Both the position numbers and the translations under genes were made by a program. DNA of 64,000 nt from a virus, in the IMG/VR virus record IMGVR_UViG_3300025831_000403; one strand, given 5' to 3'. Numbering within the stretch: position 1 is the first letter of the stretch; each line of letters opens with the position of its first letter. Shown one piece after another: positions 13,061-24,266 of this stretch. The notes beneath the pieces were generated by a model, which ran no database searches, was not told where the DNA came from, and was given only the letters and a program-made list of their open reading frames with translations.

Positions 13061-13664
13061 TAAAACCACGATTAATCCAAGCCCCTCTGAAATCTTGTTG
13101 AAAAATTTGACAAATTTTCATTAATTGTTAGTCTAAATCATATGGTTAATACGATAGAAACTAGATTGAAATTAGATTTAACACAAGAATTAGACATTAA
13201 TTCTTGTGTTTCCTTATGGTCTGAATTTTATCGTAAAACTTGGGTTATGTTTAATAATCTTCATTTGGAAGAAAATGTTATTTGGCATAATCTTATGAAT
13301 ACTAATTTATTCACTAGTCATCAAGTTGATTCTTTAATTAATAAAGTTAAATCTGAACATAATAAAATTAAAGCATTAACTAAATCGCAGTTTAAAACAG
13401 CACCAAGCTAAAGTTGAAATGGAATGAAGTTTCTTCAGCTTTAGGAAAGAATAGAAATCATTGGTATAAAAACATAATGGATTATATTCAACCTACGGTA
13501 GTTAAACCTCTATTTGCTCAAGAGATTAATCCTTTTGAGTAGAACCAAAGCTAGCATAAGCTATCTTTGGAATTGTAGGTTTATCAGCTTGGTTTAACAA
13601 CCCCTACCAAGCGACTTGTTTTTCAACAAGGTTTCAGAGGGGCTTGCGATTAATCGTGGTTTTA
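13061..13664. mobile_element. Non-autonomous element with 45/46-bp terminal inverted repeats and a deleted TnpB-like ORF remnant
   Basis: Left taaaaccacgattaatccaagcccctctgaaatcttgttgaaaaa; right end is its reverse complement with one indel and one substitution; internal 89-aa ORF 13142-13411 resembles the N-terminus of IS200/IS605 TnpB-related proteins (weak, by eye). Confidence 0.6.
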
Positions 13665-13680
13665 TATTTTTAAAATAAAT

Positions 13681-14748
13681 TTACATATCTAGGTTTTGTT
13701 TCCATGAATCTTCTAGGTTTGCATCCGTAATATCATTAATTATACTAGAAGATAAATAACTTGAAATTTCAACTTCTTGTGGAGCAACTTGAGAGTTGCT
13801 ATTAGTGAAGTGTTTTTCAACCCAAGGAAGTGGATGATTACCTTTATATCCTGTCTCCATAGTTAAATTAACAGCTTTCATTCTTTTAGCTAATAAATAA
13901 TCAACATACTCACAAAGCATATTTTCATTTAATCCAATAACAGGTCCATTCTTAAATAAATATCTTGCCCATTGTTTTTCTTGTTCACCAGCTTCCATAA
14001 ATATTTTTCTAGCCTTATCTTCATTATCCTTAATAATTTGTTCAAATTCAGGATCTTCTTTAGGTAATATTTTTAATATGTGTTGAGTTAATGCTAAATG
14101 TTCCGCTTCATCACGAGCAATTAATTTTATAATTTTAGCAGAGGCTTCAACCATTCCTCTCTCTAAAAATGAAAATGTGCAAGCAAAAGAGACATAAAAT
14201 CTAACAGCTTCTAATGCATTTGCTGCAATAAGTGCCAAATAAAGGTTTGCCTTATTTGGGTTAGTTATAAAATCATCATAAGCATTAGTAACTGATGTAG
14301 CACAATCTGAAATTTCTTTAATGTTAGGTAAATCTTCAAATATAACACTAGGGTCAGGGTAAATAGCCCTAATAATGTGAGTGTATGATTCACTATGAAT
14401 ACTTTCAAAAAATCCCCAAGTAAGAATACAGTTTTCTAAGCTAGGGTCAGTACAATGTGGTAGAAAAACTAAACTAGGTGCACGTCCTTGAACTGAATCT
14501 AATAAAATTTGACGTTTTAGATTGCTAGTAAATAAAAACTTTTCACTTTCTGTCATTTTATCAAAACTTCGTTTTTCCTGGCTCATATCAATTTCATTTG
14601 GCCTCCAAAAAAATCCTTGCATTTTATTATTAAGTTTAGTAAATATTGGATGACTAACAATATCATAGCGAGATATTCCATGACCTGATTTTCCCAAAAA
14701 TAGCTTATCTGATTGGGTTGTTAATTGTAATACTGGTAAATGTTCCAT
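13681..14748 (-). CDS. nrdB: Ribonucleotide reductase class Ia beta subunit
   Basis: FWRPNEIDM, LDSVQGR, ESIHSESY, LEAVRFYVSF, IARDEAEH, APQEVEISSY; likely start MEHLP at 14748 after AAGGA. Confidence 0.96.
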   Translation of the reverse strand: MEHLPVLQLTTQSDKLFLGKSGHGISRYDIVSHPIFTKLNNKMQGFFWRPNEIDMSQEKRSFDKMTESEKFLFTSNLKRQILLDSVQGRAPSLVFLPHCTDPSLENCILTWGFFESIHSESYTHIIRAIYPDPSVIFEDLPNIKEISDCATSVTNAYDDFITNPNKANLYLALIAANALEAVRFYVSFACTFSFLERGMVEASAKIIKLIARDEAEHLALTQHILKILPKEDPEFEQIIKDNEDKARKIFMEAGEQEKQWARYLFKNGPVIGLNENMLCEYVDYLLAKRMKAVNLTMETGYKGNHPLPWVEKHFTNSNSQVAPQEVEISSYLSSSIINDITDANLEDSWKQNLDM

Positions 14749-14816
14749 AATGAGTCCTTTAGTCTGTAATTTTGAGTGTAAATAAAAATCAATTAAAATC
14801 AATTTTTTAATTTTAT

Positions 14817-14845
14817 AGTTTACCCTACAATGTTTTTTGTGTCAA
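14817..14845 (-). promoter_or_regulatory. sigma70 promoter of nrdB
   Basis: TTGACA-N17-TAAACT on minus strand. Confidence 0.65.
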
Positions 14846-14872
14846 ATTTGTAGTATGTATTTGTAATAAATA

Positions 14873-15541
14873 TTAGTCAGGAGTAAAAATCCCTTTAACA
14901 TCTATACCTGTTTCAATGGTGGATTGAACGTCTTGAATTATATTTAATAAATTATTATTAATAGTTGTAAATTGCTCTAACGACTTTATTTGGCTTTTAA
15001 ATAAATTATCTTGATGAGTAGATGTAAAATATTTAAGAATATGAATAATGTGCCGTTCCTGACAACTTTTAATATAATGTTCTTGATTGGTTGTTAAAAT
15101 TGATTTATTAAAAAATGATGCTAAATAGTTACAGTTTAGAACAATCTAGTTTAAAATTAAAGTTAAATCATCATTTAAAACATTTTTATATTCAAAAATT
15201 ACAACTTCAAAATTTTTATTTTCTTTATTTTCTGTTATTATTTGATAGTTTTCTGTAGAAATAAAATATTTTTTAATTATAAATAAAAATAAACCACCAA
15301 ATACAATTAACCCAAATAAACTAATTAATGATGTAAATAAAGTAAGCCATAAAATAAATGATAATATAATCCAACCCGTTGCAAATCCAAAAAAGTTTGT
15401 ATTAGAGTATATGTAGATTAGTTGATTCTCTTTATTCAACAGAGAGTTAGAGCCTCTTGTTTTAATAACTTTTTTTTGACTATCTTTATTATTAAAACCA
15501 CTTATTAGGTGGTTTTTTAATGACTCTTTAGATCTCTTCAT
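14873..15541 (-). pseudogene. Membrane protein interrupted by a frameshift near 15150
   Basis: ORF 15146-15541 with two TM helices; a stop-free frame continues to TAA at 14873. Confidence 0.45.
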
Positions 15542-15550
15542 TTATTTGTT

Positions 15551-15763
15551 TTAGTCGGATTTGTTTTCAATTAAATCTGCATCTGCTTTATCACGAATAG
15601 TTTTAGATAAAGTAAATGTCGCAAATAATAAGAAAAACATAGAAACAGCAACTAATGCTCGTTCAAGACCTACTCCATTTAAATTCCAAACTGCTGCGGC
15701 AGATAATAGAAATGCTAGTCCAAAAGATGTAGTCCAAAAGATGAATATGTTTGAATAATCCAA
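15551..15763 (-). CDS. YiaA/B two-helix inner-membrane protein
   Basis: Two TM helices ending FTLSKTIRD. Confidence 0.75.
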   Translation of the reverse strand: MDYSNIFIFWTTSFGLAFLLSAAAVWNLNGVGLERALVAVSMFFLLFATFTLSKTIRDKADADLIENKSD

Positions 15764-15856
15764 CCTTGTGTATCTCTCTTAATAACCATTTTACTCATAT
15801 TTATCTCCTAGTTTTATGATTTTATATTATATATAAAAAGTGTGTTAAGTCAATAT

Positions 15857-16888
15857 TTATTTGATGTCTTTTTTGGTTATAAAATCTTTTACAATAAATT
15901 GACCACAAGCTGCAGATACTTCGGTTCCAGGAGAAACTTGAACTTTAATAAAATTAATACATTTAGATAGTTCTCTTATTTGTTTTATAAATCTTTCGCT
16001 TTCTTTATAGTTGCTTTTGGCACAAAAATTATACCTTAAAATTCTTAATTCGTTATCTTTGAAATTTTCATTAACTAAAGAAATAAGTTGTGATAATTCT
16101 TCTTCACTATCATTGAGGTCGTGAACAAGCAAATGATGTAAGATAAGAGTGTATTGCCCATTTGCCTCATATTCTTTTAGTTGTTTAATGGCATCTATAA
16201 TTGGCATAGCATTTGGAATAACAACTTCTCTTTTATACTGAATGGCAGATTCAACAGAGTAAAATAATCTAAATATATTTTTATGACTATAAAAGCCTGT
16301 AGTATATTCAATATTGTCCATATTATAAGCCGGATTTATAGTAAATTCATGAAGTTTTGATTCAAGTTCATGAAATTTTTTAATCCAATTATTATTAAGT
16401 TTCGGCATAACAGTAGATAAATCTACACCATCAAGCCCCATGGCATAATTATTTTTAAAAATCCAATCTAAAATTCTTAATGTTACATTATATACCATAT
16501 CTGGTTTATTAATGGCATCCCCCATACCCATCCAAGAAAGTTTAACATATTTTGATTTTAATTCTGGATTAAAGATAGCTTTATCAATAATTGCTTCCTT
16601 TAGGTTTTCAAAAACCATATTTTCATCAATTTTAATATGTTTAGAATTTTTAAGTGTTAAGTGACAAAATTTACACTTCATATAGCATCCAACGGAACTA
16701 GAAATAAATATTGAATACTTATTTCTTTCTGTTTTTCTAGTCTCTATTTCTTTGGTAATTGGATTTATAATAGTTTGAATTGATTTAACTATTTTAATAG
16801 CAGTTTCTGACCCATCATTATGAATATATTTGGAAACCGTGCCATCTTCTGTTCTATATACATCAAAATCAGTATTAAGAGTATTCAT
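15857..16888 (-). CDS. RlmN/Cfr-like radical SAM protein
   Basis: ISSSVGCYMKCKFC (CxxxCxxC), WMGMGD, C-terminal SAACGQ. Confidence 0.85.
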   Translation of the reverse strand: MNTLNTDFDVYRTEDGTVSKYIHNDGSETAIKIVKSIQTIINPITKEIETRKTERNKYSIFISSSVGCYMKCKFCHLTLKNSKHIKIDENMVFENLKEAIIDKAIFNPELKSKYVKLSWMGMGDAINKPDMVYNVTLRILDWIFKNNYAMGLDGVDLSTVMPKLNNNWIKKFHELESKLHEFTINPAYNMDNIEYTTGFYSHKNIFRLFYSVESAIQYKREVVIPNAMPIIDAIKQLKEYEANGQYTLILHHLLVHDLNDSEEELSQLISLVNENFKDNELRILRYNFCAKSNYKESERFIKQIRELSKCINFIKVQVSPGTEVSAACGQFIVKDFITKKDIK

Positions 16889-16945
16889 ATTAAATCCTTT
16901 GAAATTTGTTTTTATCAGTAAACTATATTACAATAATATAAATAA

Positions 16946-17176
16946 TTAATCAAAAGTTTCAACTAATTGAGTTGGAGTAATGGATTTATTTTCTTCAGAA
17001 ATATTTATTGGGTGTTTATCAGATAAAACTTTTTTATAGTTAGATTTCATTGATAAATATTTGTCAAGAAGATTAACATGTGAATTTTTTACACTTTGAA
17101 CAAATTTACTATCGCTAATTCTATTTGGATTTAATTCCATCGTTCCTTGAAAATTTCTAATTATATTTGTAGTCAT
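16946..17176 (-). CDS. Hypothetical protein
   Basis: 76-aa ORF in a same-strand run. Confidence 0.5.
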   Translation of the reverse strand: MTTNIIRNFQGTMELNPNRISDSKFVQSVKNSHVNLLDKYLSMKSNYKKVLSDKHPINISEENKSITPTQLVETFD

Positions 17177-17230
17177 AATAAACCTTTTTATCTTCTTCTT
17201 ATTTTAGTGAAATATTTTGGGAAAGCAAAT

Positions 17231-17836
17231 TTAAGGAAATATTCTAGTAACTTCTACATCAGTCATTCCTTGTGTTGCATAACCTAAGCGACATGCAGCT
17301 AAAAAAGAAAGGTCAATAATTCTACTCTTAAGAAATGGTCCCCTATCATTTATTCTAACAATAACACTTCTTCCATTTCTTAAATTTTTAACTGTAGCAT
17401 AGCTTGGTATTGGTAAAATTGGACTAGCGGCAGTCATTTTAAACATATCATAAGTTTCACCATTTGCAGTTTTTTGTCCATGATATCTTCTTCCATACCA
17501 TGTAGCTAAACCAGTTTCTTTATACGAGCTATTATTAGAGATAGGAGTAAAACTTTGTCCTAAAACATAATATGGCTTACTGTTTCCTTTATTAAAGGGT
17601 TCTAAAATAGGTATTGGATTTAATATGTCATCTAAATTTGAAGGTAATTCAAGTGGACCATCTGTTTTGTAGAATGAACCACTTTTAGATTGTGGTTGTT
17701 TATAATCACAAGAATAGTCAGTCTTTGTTCCATTGTTAAAAGCAGGAGTTCTTTTATTAGAATGTGTTGTAGAGCAACCAGATAGAGTGGCTATTCCAAT
17801 AATAGATAAAAGGATATTAATTTTGAAGTTATTCAT
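17231..17836 (-). CDS. rlpA: Septal ring lytic transglycosylase RlpA-family lipoprotein
   Basis: Lipobox LSGC; GLATWYG, TANGETYDM, INDRGPF, IIDLS. Confidence 0.92.
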   Translation of the reverse strand: MNNFKINILLSIIGIATLSGCSTTHSNKRTPAFNNGTKTDYSCDYKQPQSKSGSFYKTDGPLELPSNLDDILNPIPILEPFNKGNSKPYYVLGQSFTPISNNSSYKETGLATWYGRRYHGQKTANGETYDMFKMTAASPILPIPSYATVKNLRNGRSVIVRINDRGPFLKSRIIDLSFLAACRLGYATQGMTDVEVTRIFP

Positions 17837-18189
17837 AAGATTGTTTTAAAAAATAATAATAAAGTAAAAACTTCATTGAGGCAAGCAAGAAAAAAATTAA
17901 CCTTATTTGTTCATTGGGTTAACACGATTTGTAAAAAGAAAATCTAAATCTAATGTTGTTTCGTTTGTTATTAAATCTTTTATAAAAATAAGTTGTTTAT
18001 TACCAATAATAACAAAAGATTCTGGAATTGTAATTTTCTTTAGTTTAAAACCATCATTTTTAAGTTTTTCTATCCATAAGTTATTTCCTATCCAATTTTT
18101 AGCATCAGATAAAGATTCAAATCCAAAAAACCATTGTCGCTTATATCTTTCATCTTTAAAGTTAGAAAGATTATCAAAAATTTGATTAA

Positions 18190-18624
18190 TCAGTTTATCT
18201 TCTGTAGGAGAAGGTTAGATGTCAAAATTAATATCAGATGCCGCAAATCGACTAGAATATAGTCCATTTTTTTATCATTTTCAATTCTATAGATAACAGT
18301 TTCATTAATGTTTAAATCAGACAATATAATCATATGGTCATAAAGTTCATGTAAATTTAATTTGCAATTATAACGACATATGGTGGATTCAGGATTATCT
18401 TCTTCAAAGTAAGAGTCATAATTCTTATCTATTTTTATAGATTTTAATATATTAGTTTGATTAACATCGCTAATATTTAAACATGTAAATAGAGATAATA
18501 GGTATTTATGAATATTATTATTAATTGTAGGAAAGTCATTATAATCTAATATATCTATATCAAACTTTAAAATTCCATTGTCTGTTGCTGTATTACAAAT
18601 ACTAAAAAATTCAGTTCTTTTCAT
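18190..18624 (-). CDS. Hypothetical protein
   Basis: 144-aa ORF. Confidence 0.45.
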   Translation of the reverse strand: MKRTEFFSICNTATDNGILKFDIDILDYNDFPTINNNIHKYLLSLFTCLNISDVNQTNILKSIKIDKNYDSYFEEDNPESTICRYNCKLNLHELYDHMIILSDLNINETVIYRIENDKKMDYILVDLRHLILILTSNLLLQKIN

Positions 18625-18705
18625 ATTTTCTTTTCTTTTAATTTTAAATGAAAAAAAGAAAAAAAGAAAAAAACAACTAGTTTGTAATAGGTTAGGTAAT
18701 ATTAA

Positions 18706-19236
18706 TTATGATGGTTCTTGTAATTTTGCAATAGGTTGTTCATTTTTTGTAGAGCATTCTTTAGGTTCATATATTTTTTTACCAGAATATTCACAATCCC
18801 AATGTTTATTGTTTTGTCTTACAAATAATAAATCTCCACGAGCTTTACTTCTATCTGTCATTTTACAAAAAATTTCAGGATTTTCACTAAAAGTAATAAA
18901 AACACTACACCTACTTGGATTTTTAAAGCCAAAATCTTCAAGAGTATATGTTATTTTGTTATTATTTAGCTGCACAGATTCAATTGAACTACCTTGCATA
19001 AAACTAATTAATGAATTGTAGACTCTATCTTGTTCAGCAATTTGTGTTAGGGCATCAAAATTATCAGTTAGTTCAGTCATATCTTTATATGCAAGGGAAA
19101 CTTCATTTTCTTCTTGGTCATTTGGCTGAAAGTAATCATAAGAATAACGTATTAATATTAGTAAAAAAACAATGACACTTACTTTAATTGTTATTGTTAA
19201 GATTTTTTTAAATAAATTAAATATTGTTTTTATCAT
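18706..19236 (-). CDS. Hypothetical membrane-anchored protein
   Basis: N-terminal TM helix, four Cys in periplasmic part. Confidence 0.6.
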   Translation of the reverse strand: MIKTIFNLFKKILTITIKVSVIVFLLILIRYSYDYFQPNDQEENEVSLAYKDMTELTDNFDALTQIAEQDRVYNSLISFMQGSSIESVQLNNNKITYTLEDFGFKNPSRCSVFITFSENPEIFCKMTDRSKARGDLLFVRQNNKHWDCEYSGKKIYEPKECSTKNEQPIAKLQEPS

Positions 19237-19264
19237 GTTGTATGTCTTTTTAATAGGTGAATGG

Positions 19265-20131
19265 TTAAAATATATTTGGTCGTATCGCTGGTTTTCTAAT
19301 ATTACAATTTAATAGAACTTTTACAAATTCATTTTGAGCTTCTTTAACAGTTTCAAATTTACTATATTTAGAAATTAATGTTGAAATATCCCAATCTGAA
19401 ATTAAATTTTGTCTAGTTAAATAAACTCCAATGCTGGTTAATTTATGTTCTCTACTAACATCTAAAAAAACATAGCCAAGTAACTGAAATAGCATATCTT
19501 CTGTTAGTTGAGGACGAATAGTTGTTTTCAAATCAAGAAGGGTATTACCTTTAGGTTTAATTAAGTATAAGTCAGCATCGGCACCACCGATAGCGGCACT
19601 TAAATCAAAGAGTGGATTATAACAAAAGAAATTATCTTTATTGTTAATAATGGGATTAATAGATAAAGATTGAAAATAAATATTAATCATATCTTGAAAG
19701 ACAGAATCAGTAATAAAAATATTGTTTAATTGCAATGAGGATACAATATCTTTACTGCGATACATTTTTTCAATTGTAGACATGCGATAAAGATTATTAC
19801 ATAATTCTTTAAATTTTATTCTATTCTTAAAATATGGAGCAGAATCATTATATTTTAACTTAGTTTTAGCATAAAAATTTCTAAATTCATTTTTTGCAAA
19901 TTTCATAGGAAACAATTCAGATACATCTAATCCAATGTGTAGAAGCATTAAATATTCAGTCATATGTCCAACATCTGACCAGGGATAATTATTTTTATCT
20001 TTTGGCATCAATGTATGGAATCCACTAATTTCAGAATTTATTGAATTAATAAATGGTGAAAATGTAAAATTATTATTAAAAAATAATCGTATGTTAGATG
20101 TTTTATTGCTTAATTCACTAGTTAATGACAT
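19265..20131 (-). CDS. PD-(D/E)XK nuclease-like protein
   Basis: GADADL...LLDLKTT...FQLLGY pattern. Confidence 0.6.
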   Translation of the reverse strand: MSLTSELSNKTSNIRLFFNNNFTFSPFINSINSEISGFHTLMPKDKNNYPWSDVGHMTEYLMLLHIGLDVSELFPMKFAKNEFRNFYAKTKLKYNDSAPYFKNRIKFKELCNNLYRMSTIEKMYRSKDIVSSLQLNNIFITDSVFQDMINIYFQSLSINPIINNKDNFFCYNPLFDLSAAIGGADADLYLIKPKGNTLLDLKTTIRPQLTEDMLFQLLGYVFLDVSREHKLTSIGVYLTRQNLISDWDISTLISKYSKFETVKEAQNEFVKVLLNCNIRKPAIRPNIF

Positions 20132-20269
20132 ATTTTTTCCAAATGTTGTTATATGGTATCATGAAAATTAATATTTGTTAATTGTTTTATTATGGTTTTT
20201 TAAAATATATATTAATCTAGTATTTTATATGTTATTATTTTATATTATGTTATTATATATCTAAAGGAA

Positions 20270-20998
20270 TTGTTTAAAATGAAAAAACTAAAAAATAAAA
20301 ATCTAATTTATTTTAAATTAGATTTATCAGATGCTATTATGCCAAATAATTGGCCCAAAGAAGTTCCAATGATATTGTCTTTATGTTCTGGTAAGTATCA
20401 AAAAGATTTTGACATTATACCTAAAACTGAAAGTTGGTACACTTCATTGTTAGAGTTTTTAAAGATTGGAAATGATATTCCAATAGGCTTATCTAAAAAT
20501 AGGCTACCAATAGGTTCTAAAGTTTTTGATGAAACAAATAATATTGTTTGCCAGGGAGAAGATAAAAATCTGTATCTTAAAAAAATCAAAAAACAAAATA
20601 ATGATAAAGAAAATATATTAAAATTATTAAGGATTAAATTTACGGGAATTAAAGATTGTTTTTTGGTAGATTTTAATGAAACCGTAGAATTACTAATGAA
20701 CGGTTCACGCCCATTTAAAACATTAACATCTGTATATGATGTATTTAATGATGTATTCATAAGTGCTGGAGGTAGCACATATCAAGATAATAAGTCAGCG
20801 GCATTAGGAGCTTATAATTCAATAATAGATTTTAATGCACTAAAAACAACACTTAATTTATTTACAAAAGAAGAGAAAATATTATTAAGAGAATATCTTG
20901 TGGAAATATCTTGTTTATCACCTATTTTTAAAGTGTTAGAAGGTCAAATTGAACTAGATGTAAATAGGGAAGATAAAACAAATAAGAAAAGAGTATAG
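20270..20998 (+). CDS. Hypothetical protein
   Basis: 242-aa ORF ending ELDVNREDKTNKKRV. Confidence 0.7.
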   Translation: MFKMKKLKNKNLIYFKLDLSDAIMPNNWPKEVPMILSLCSGKYQKDFDIIPKTESWYTSLLEFLKIGNDIPIGLSKNRLPIGSKVFDETNNIVCQGEDKNLYLKKIKKQNNDKENILKLLRIKFTGIKDCFLVDFNETVELLMNGSRPFKTLTSVYDVFNDVFISAGGSTYQDNKSAALGAYNSIIDFNALKTTLNLFTKEEKILLREYLVEISCLSPIFKVLEGQIELDVNREDKTNKKRV

Positions 20999-21002
20999 TT
21001 AG

Positions 21003-21644
21003 ATGAAATTTAAGATTATAAAAATACTATCATTAATAGCTTTGATTTATTCCGAAGCTGTATTTGCTGAAAATACTTATTTATTGATAAAAAATAATGG
21101 AGCAGCTTTAAATGGTATTCACTCTGCCGATAAAGCTATTGATTTTGCCACCGATAATAGTCTGATTAAGGGGTTTCAAAATCACCAAAAAATATTATTT
21201 AATAAAAACAATAAAGAATTTATAATCGATTTATTTAGTAATGTTGGATATGAAATAACAACAACAACAAAAAATTTTAAATATGCTTCTGATTCAAATA
21301 CAATTATAGATAAATTATTAGATAGAGCATCAAACAGAACTATTATTTTTGATATTCAAAATGTTGGAGACTACTTACTTTTTGTAGAAGATAAAAAAAT
21401 AACATGCTTTAATGTTAAAACAGAATTGCCTTGCAAAAAGAATATTGATATATCAATGAATAAAGATACTAATATCAATAAGCAAGGAGAAATAGCTATA
21501 TTATTTGACCAATTGTTTTTTTATGAAAATAAAGAAAGAAATGAAATAATTAAATGCCAATCAGGTGTTGGATTTAATCCTGAGAAAAAAGAAATAAGTT
21601 ATTGTGGAGATAAAAGATATATAAAATTAAAAGATTTAGATTAG
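21003..21644 (+). CDS. Hypothetical secreted protein
   Basis: Signal peptide MKFKIIKILSLIALIYSEAVFA. Confidence 0.65.
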   Translation: MKFKIIKILSLIALIYSEAVFAENTYLLIKNNGAALNGIHSADKAIDFATDNSLIKGFQNHQKILFNKNNKEFIIDLFSNVGYEITTTTKNFKYASDSNTIIDKLLDRASNRTIIFDIQNVGDYLLFVEDKKITCFNVKTELPCKKNIDISMNKDTNINKQGEIAILFDQLFFYENKERNEIIKCQSGVGFNPEKKEISYCGDKRYIKLKDLD

Positions 21645-22241
21645 GTTTTAAATTTTGTTTTGGTATCAATAATATTTAACTTATGGCTGAATTGTTTATC
21701 AATTTCATTATTCATTTGTGTTGATGTTTCAGCTAAATGTATAGCTGCATTATCTTTACTTTCTTTTAAATAAGAAATTTTATGATTTTTAAAAAGTTCT
21801 TTTTCTTTTATCTTCCTTAACTTTTTTAATTTCTTGAGATGCATTTTCTATTTGCTCTGATAAATCATAATTTTTATTTAAAAAAACATTAGAAATTTGG
21901 TCAATGATTTTATAATCTTGTATATTATCTGTTTTAAAATCAATGTTTATTTTATTTAGTTTTTCTTGAAAATCTCTAACAGTCATTAGTCCACTAGAGC
22001 AAATACTATTATTATTAGAGTTAGGTTTAGGTTTAATACTAACTTCTATTGTTTGCTTATCAAAAGGTAAATCAATATATGTAAATGATATAGCAAAAGA
22101 TGGGTCAAGACTGCTTCTTTTAATATAAGCTTTATTGGTTTTATGGGTAAAAATTAAATCACTTTTAACACCTTTTGAATAAGGTTGGCTATCATCTCTC
22201 CAGGATATTGGATTGTGTTGTGGTTTGGTTTTGTTTAACAT
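21641..22241 (-). CDS. Hypothetical protein(s); overlapping ORFs 21789-22241 and 21641-21844, probably one frameshifted gene
   Basis: Overlap falls in an A-rich tract. Confidence 0.45.
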
Positions 22242-22422
22242 CGCTTCATTAAACGTTTTTTAAACATGATCTTTAAATTGATTAATGCTTACATTAAGTC
22301 TTTTCATTGGTGTTATTTCTCTACTCATAATTACTCCATTAATATTCTATGTTATGTTTTAATTGTTATTGAATATTTTTGCAAATTTATCATTTAAAAA
22401 ATATTATACTATTTGATTTTAA

Positions 22423-22451
22423 TTGACAAAAGTTACTATTTTATGTATAAT
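22423..22451 (+). promoter_or_regulatory. Consensus sigma70 promoter
   Basis: TTGACA-N17-TATAAT. Confidence 0.8.
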
Positions 22452-22456
22452 TAACA

Positions 22457-23718
22457 ATGATTAAAAAAACTACAAATACTACAAAAACTACAAAAACTAC
22501 AAAAACTACAAAAACTACAAATACTACAAATACTACAAATACTATAATTCTATTTTAAAGTATATTCTTTTAATTTTCGTATTTATAACTACGGTTATTA
22601 TTCTTTATTATAATTATAAAAATTTGGAATCTAAACGAATAGATGAAATAGAGTTAATAGATGACTTGCCAAATAGGAAAATTACTAAAACTATTCTATT
22701 TTTAGGTGATTTATCTATAGTTGAAACTCATTTGAATTTAATAAAATTATTAAACGAAACTCAATTTACAGTGTTAGTTGGTTCTCAACTAAAAGAAGAA
22801 CAAAAGATAATTGAAGATTATTATTCTCTAAAAAATGTTAATTTGGTTTTTTTGTCATATCCAATAACATCTTGGACTCAAGATAGAATGTTAAGATCTA
22901 AACATCAAATTTCTGGAGTTTTTTCAGATCATAATTCTGAAGGATATAGTATTTATGAAACTGTGGCTACTAGTAAGGCATCAGAAATTTTAGAATTTAA
23001 AAGCAAAAAATTTACAGAGGAAGTTTATATTAGTCAATATACGGGGAAAGATTCTATTGTTACTAATGTAAAAAATGAAAAATACTTAAAAACAAATAAA
23101 AGTTTATTGTTTTATGGAGATGGCGGAGATAGGTTAGTTACTAAAAAAATGATTTTTCTTGGTGGAAAATCATTTCAATACATGAAAAAAATAAAATTAG
23201 ATAATATTGAAACTATTGAAAAATTGACAAATAAAAAAATAATAGGAATAGATGAAGACGAGTCTAACCGATATTCATTTCATTTGGATTTATATCTAAC
23301 ATTCTTAAGCGAAAAGAATTTAATTCTTGGGTCATATAAAAAGGCTCTTGAATTATTACCACAATCATTAACTTGGGTTGATTATGTCTATATGAGAGAA
23401 AAAATTGTTAAAGAAAAAGCAATTACAAATGAATTAATTAGTTTAGGGTTTAATGTTATTAGTATTCCATTAATATATAAAAAAGATGATGGTTACATAT
23501 CTTTTAATAATGGAATTTTTGATGAAAAAACTTTCTATACTTCAAATTATCATTTTAAGGATGAAAATATAAATAAAGAAATTAAAAAAATGAAAACTTA
23601 TGTTGTAAAAAAATTTAATGATGAAAATTTAAATTTGATATTTATTGATGGTGGAGAAAAAAATATGAAATTAGGTGGTCAAGTTAGATGCACAGCAGCA
23701 GTTATTGAAAATATTTAA
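22457..23718 (+). CDS. Pentein-superfamily (agmatine deiminase/amidinotransferase-like) enzyme, probably with N-terminal membrane anchor
   Basis: WTQD, GDGGD, FHLDL, GGQVRCT motifs; one extra A in the A7 run at 22463-22469 would join ATG 22457 to the track ORF through (KNY/KYY)n and a TM helix. Confidence 0.65.
22465..22545 (+). repeat. 9 x 9-bp tandem repeat AAA(A/T)ACTAC
   Basis: Units read directly; last unit ends ACTAT. Confidence 0.95.
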
Positions 23719-23727
23719 AGGAGACAT

Positions 23728-24197
23728 ATGAAATCATTAGGGGTCAGTGTTACAAGTTCAAAAATATTTTATTCTATATATGATAGTAAAGAAAAGACTA
23801 TTTGTTCTAATAAAATTACACTATTAGAAGACATAGATTTTCCAAAAAAATTAAAGGATATAAGAATAAAGTTTTTAGATTTATTGACTAAAAATAATAT
23901 ACAAACAGTTGGGTTAAAAATAGCAGAAAAAATGCATTAAGTATGAGTATTGATAGAATTGCATTAGAAGGGGTGTTGCAAGAGGCTATCGCTAGCAATA
24001 ACACATGTCAATATTTTATTTTTTCATTAGCTGAACTATCTAAAGCATTAAAAATTAAAAGTAAAGAAGTAAAGCCATTAATTACAAATGCTGATTTGTT
24101 TTCATCTTTTATCGGAAAAGATGTAGAAAATAATATTTTTAAATCAAATAATGAAAATAGAGAATCCATATTAATTTCAATAGCGGCTAGTAAATAA
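23728..24197 (+). pseudogene. Hypothetical (RNase H-like fold?) gene split by a frameshift in an A run
   Basis: Adding one A near 23930 joins ...IAEKNALS to MSIDRIALEG. Confidence 0.55.
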
Positions 24198-24266
24198 TTT
24201 TAAGATTATATTTATTAATTAAATTTAGAGTTGATTTAACATAATTTAAAGTTATATTGTTTAGTT

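Noticed and set aside
22465-22545. Possible CRISPR array or iterons
   Set aside because: Contiguous 9-bp units without spacers; no CRISPR array or cas gene seen anywhere in the window
22457-22558. Thr-rich peptide MIKKTTNTTKTTK... as a second attenuator leader
   Set aside because: It comes from a simple 9-bp repeat, no terminator hairpin follows, and a one-base change makes it the N-terminus of the downstream gene
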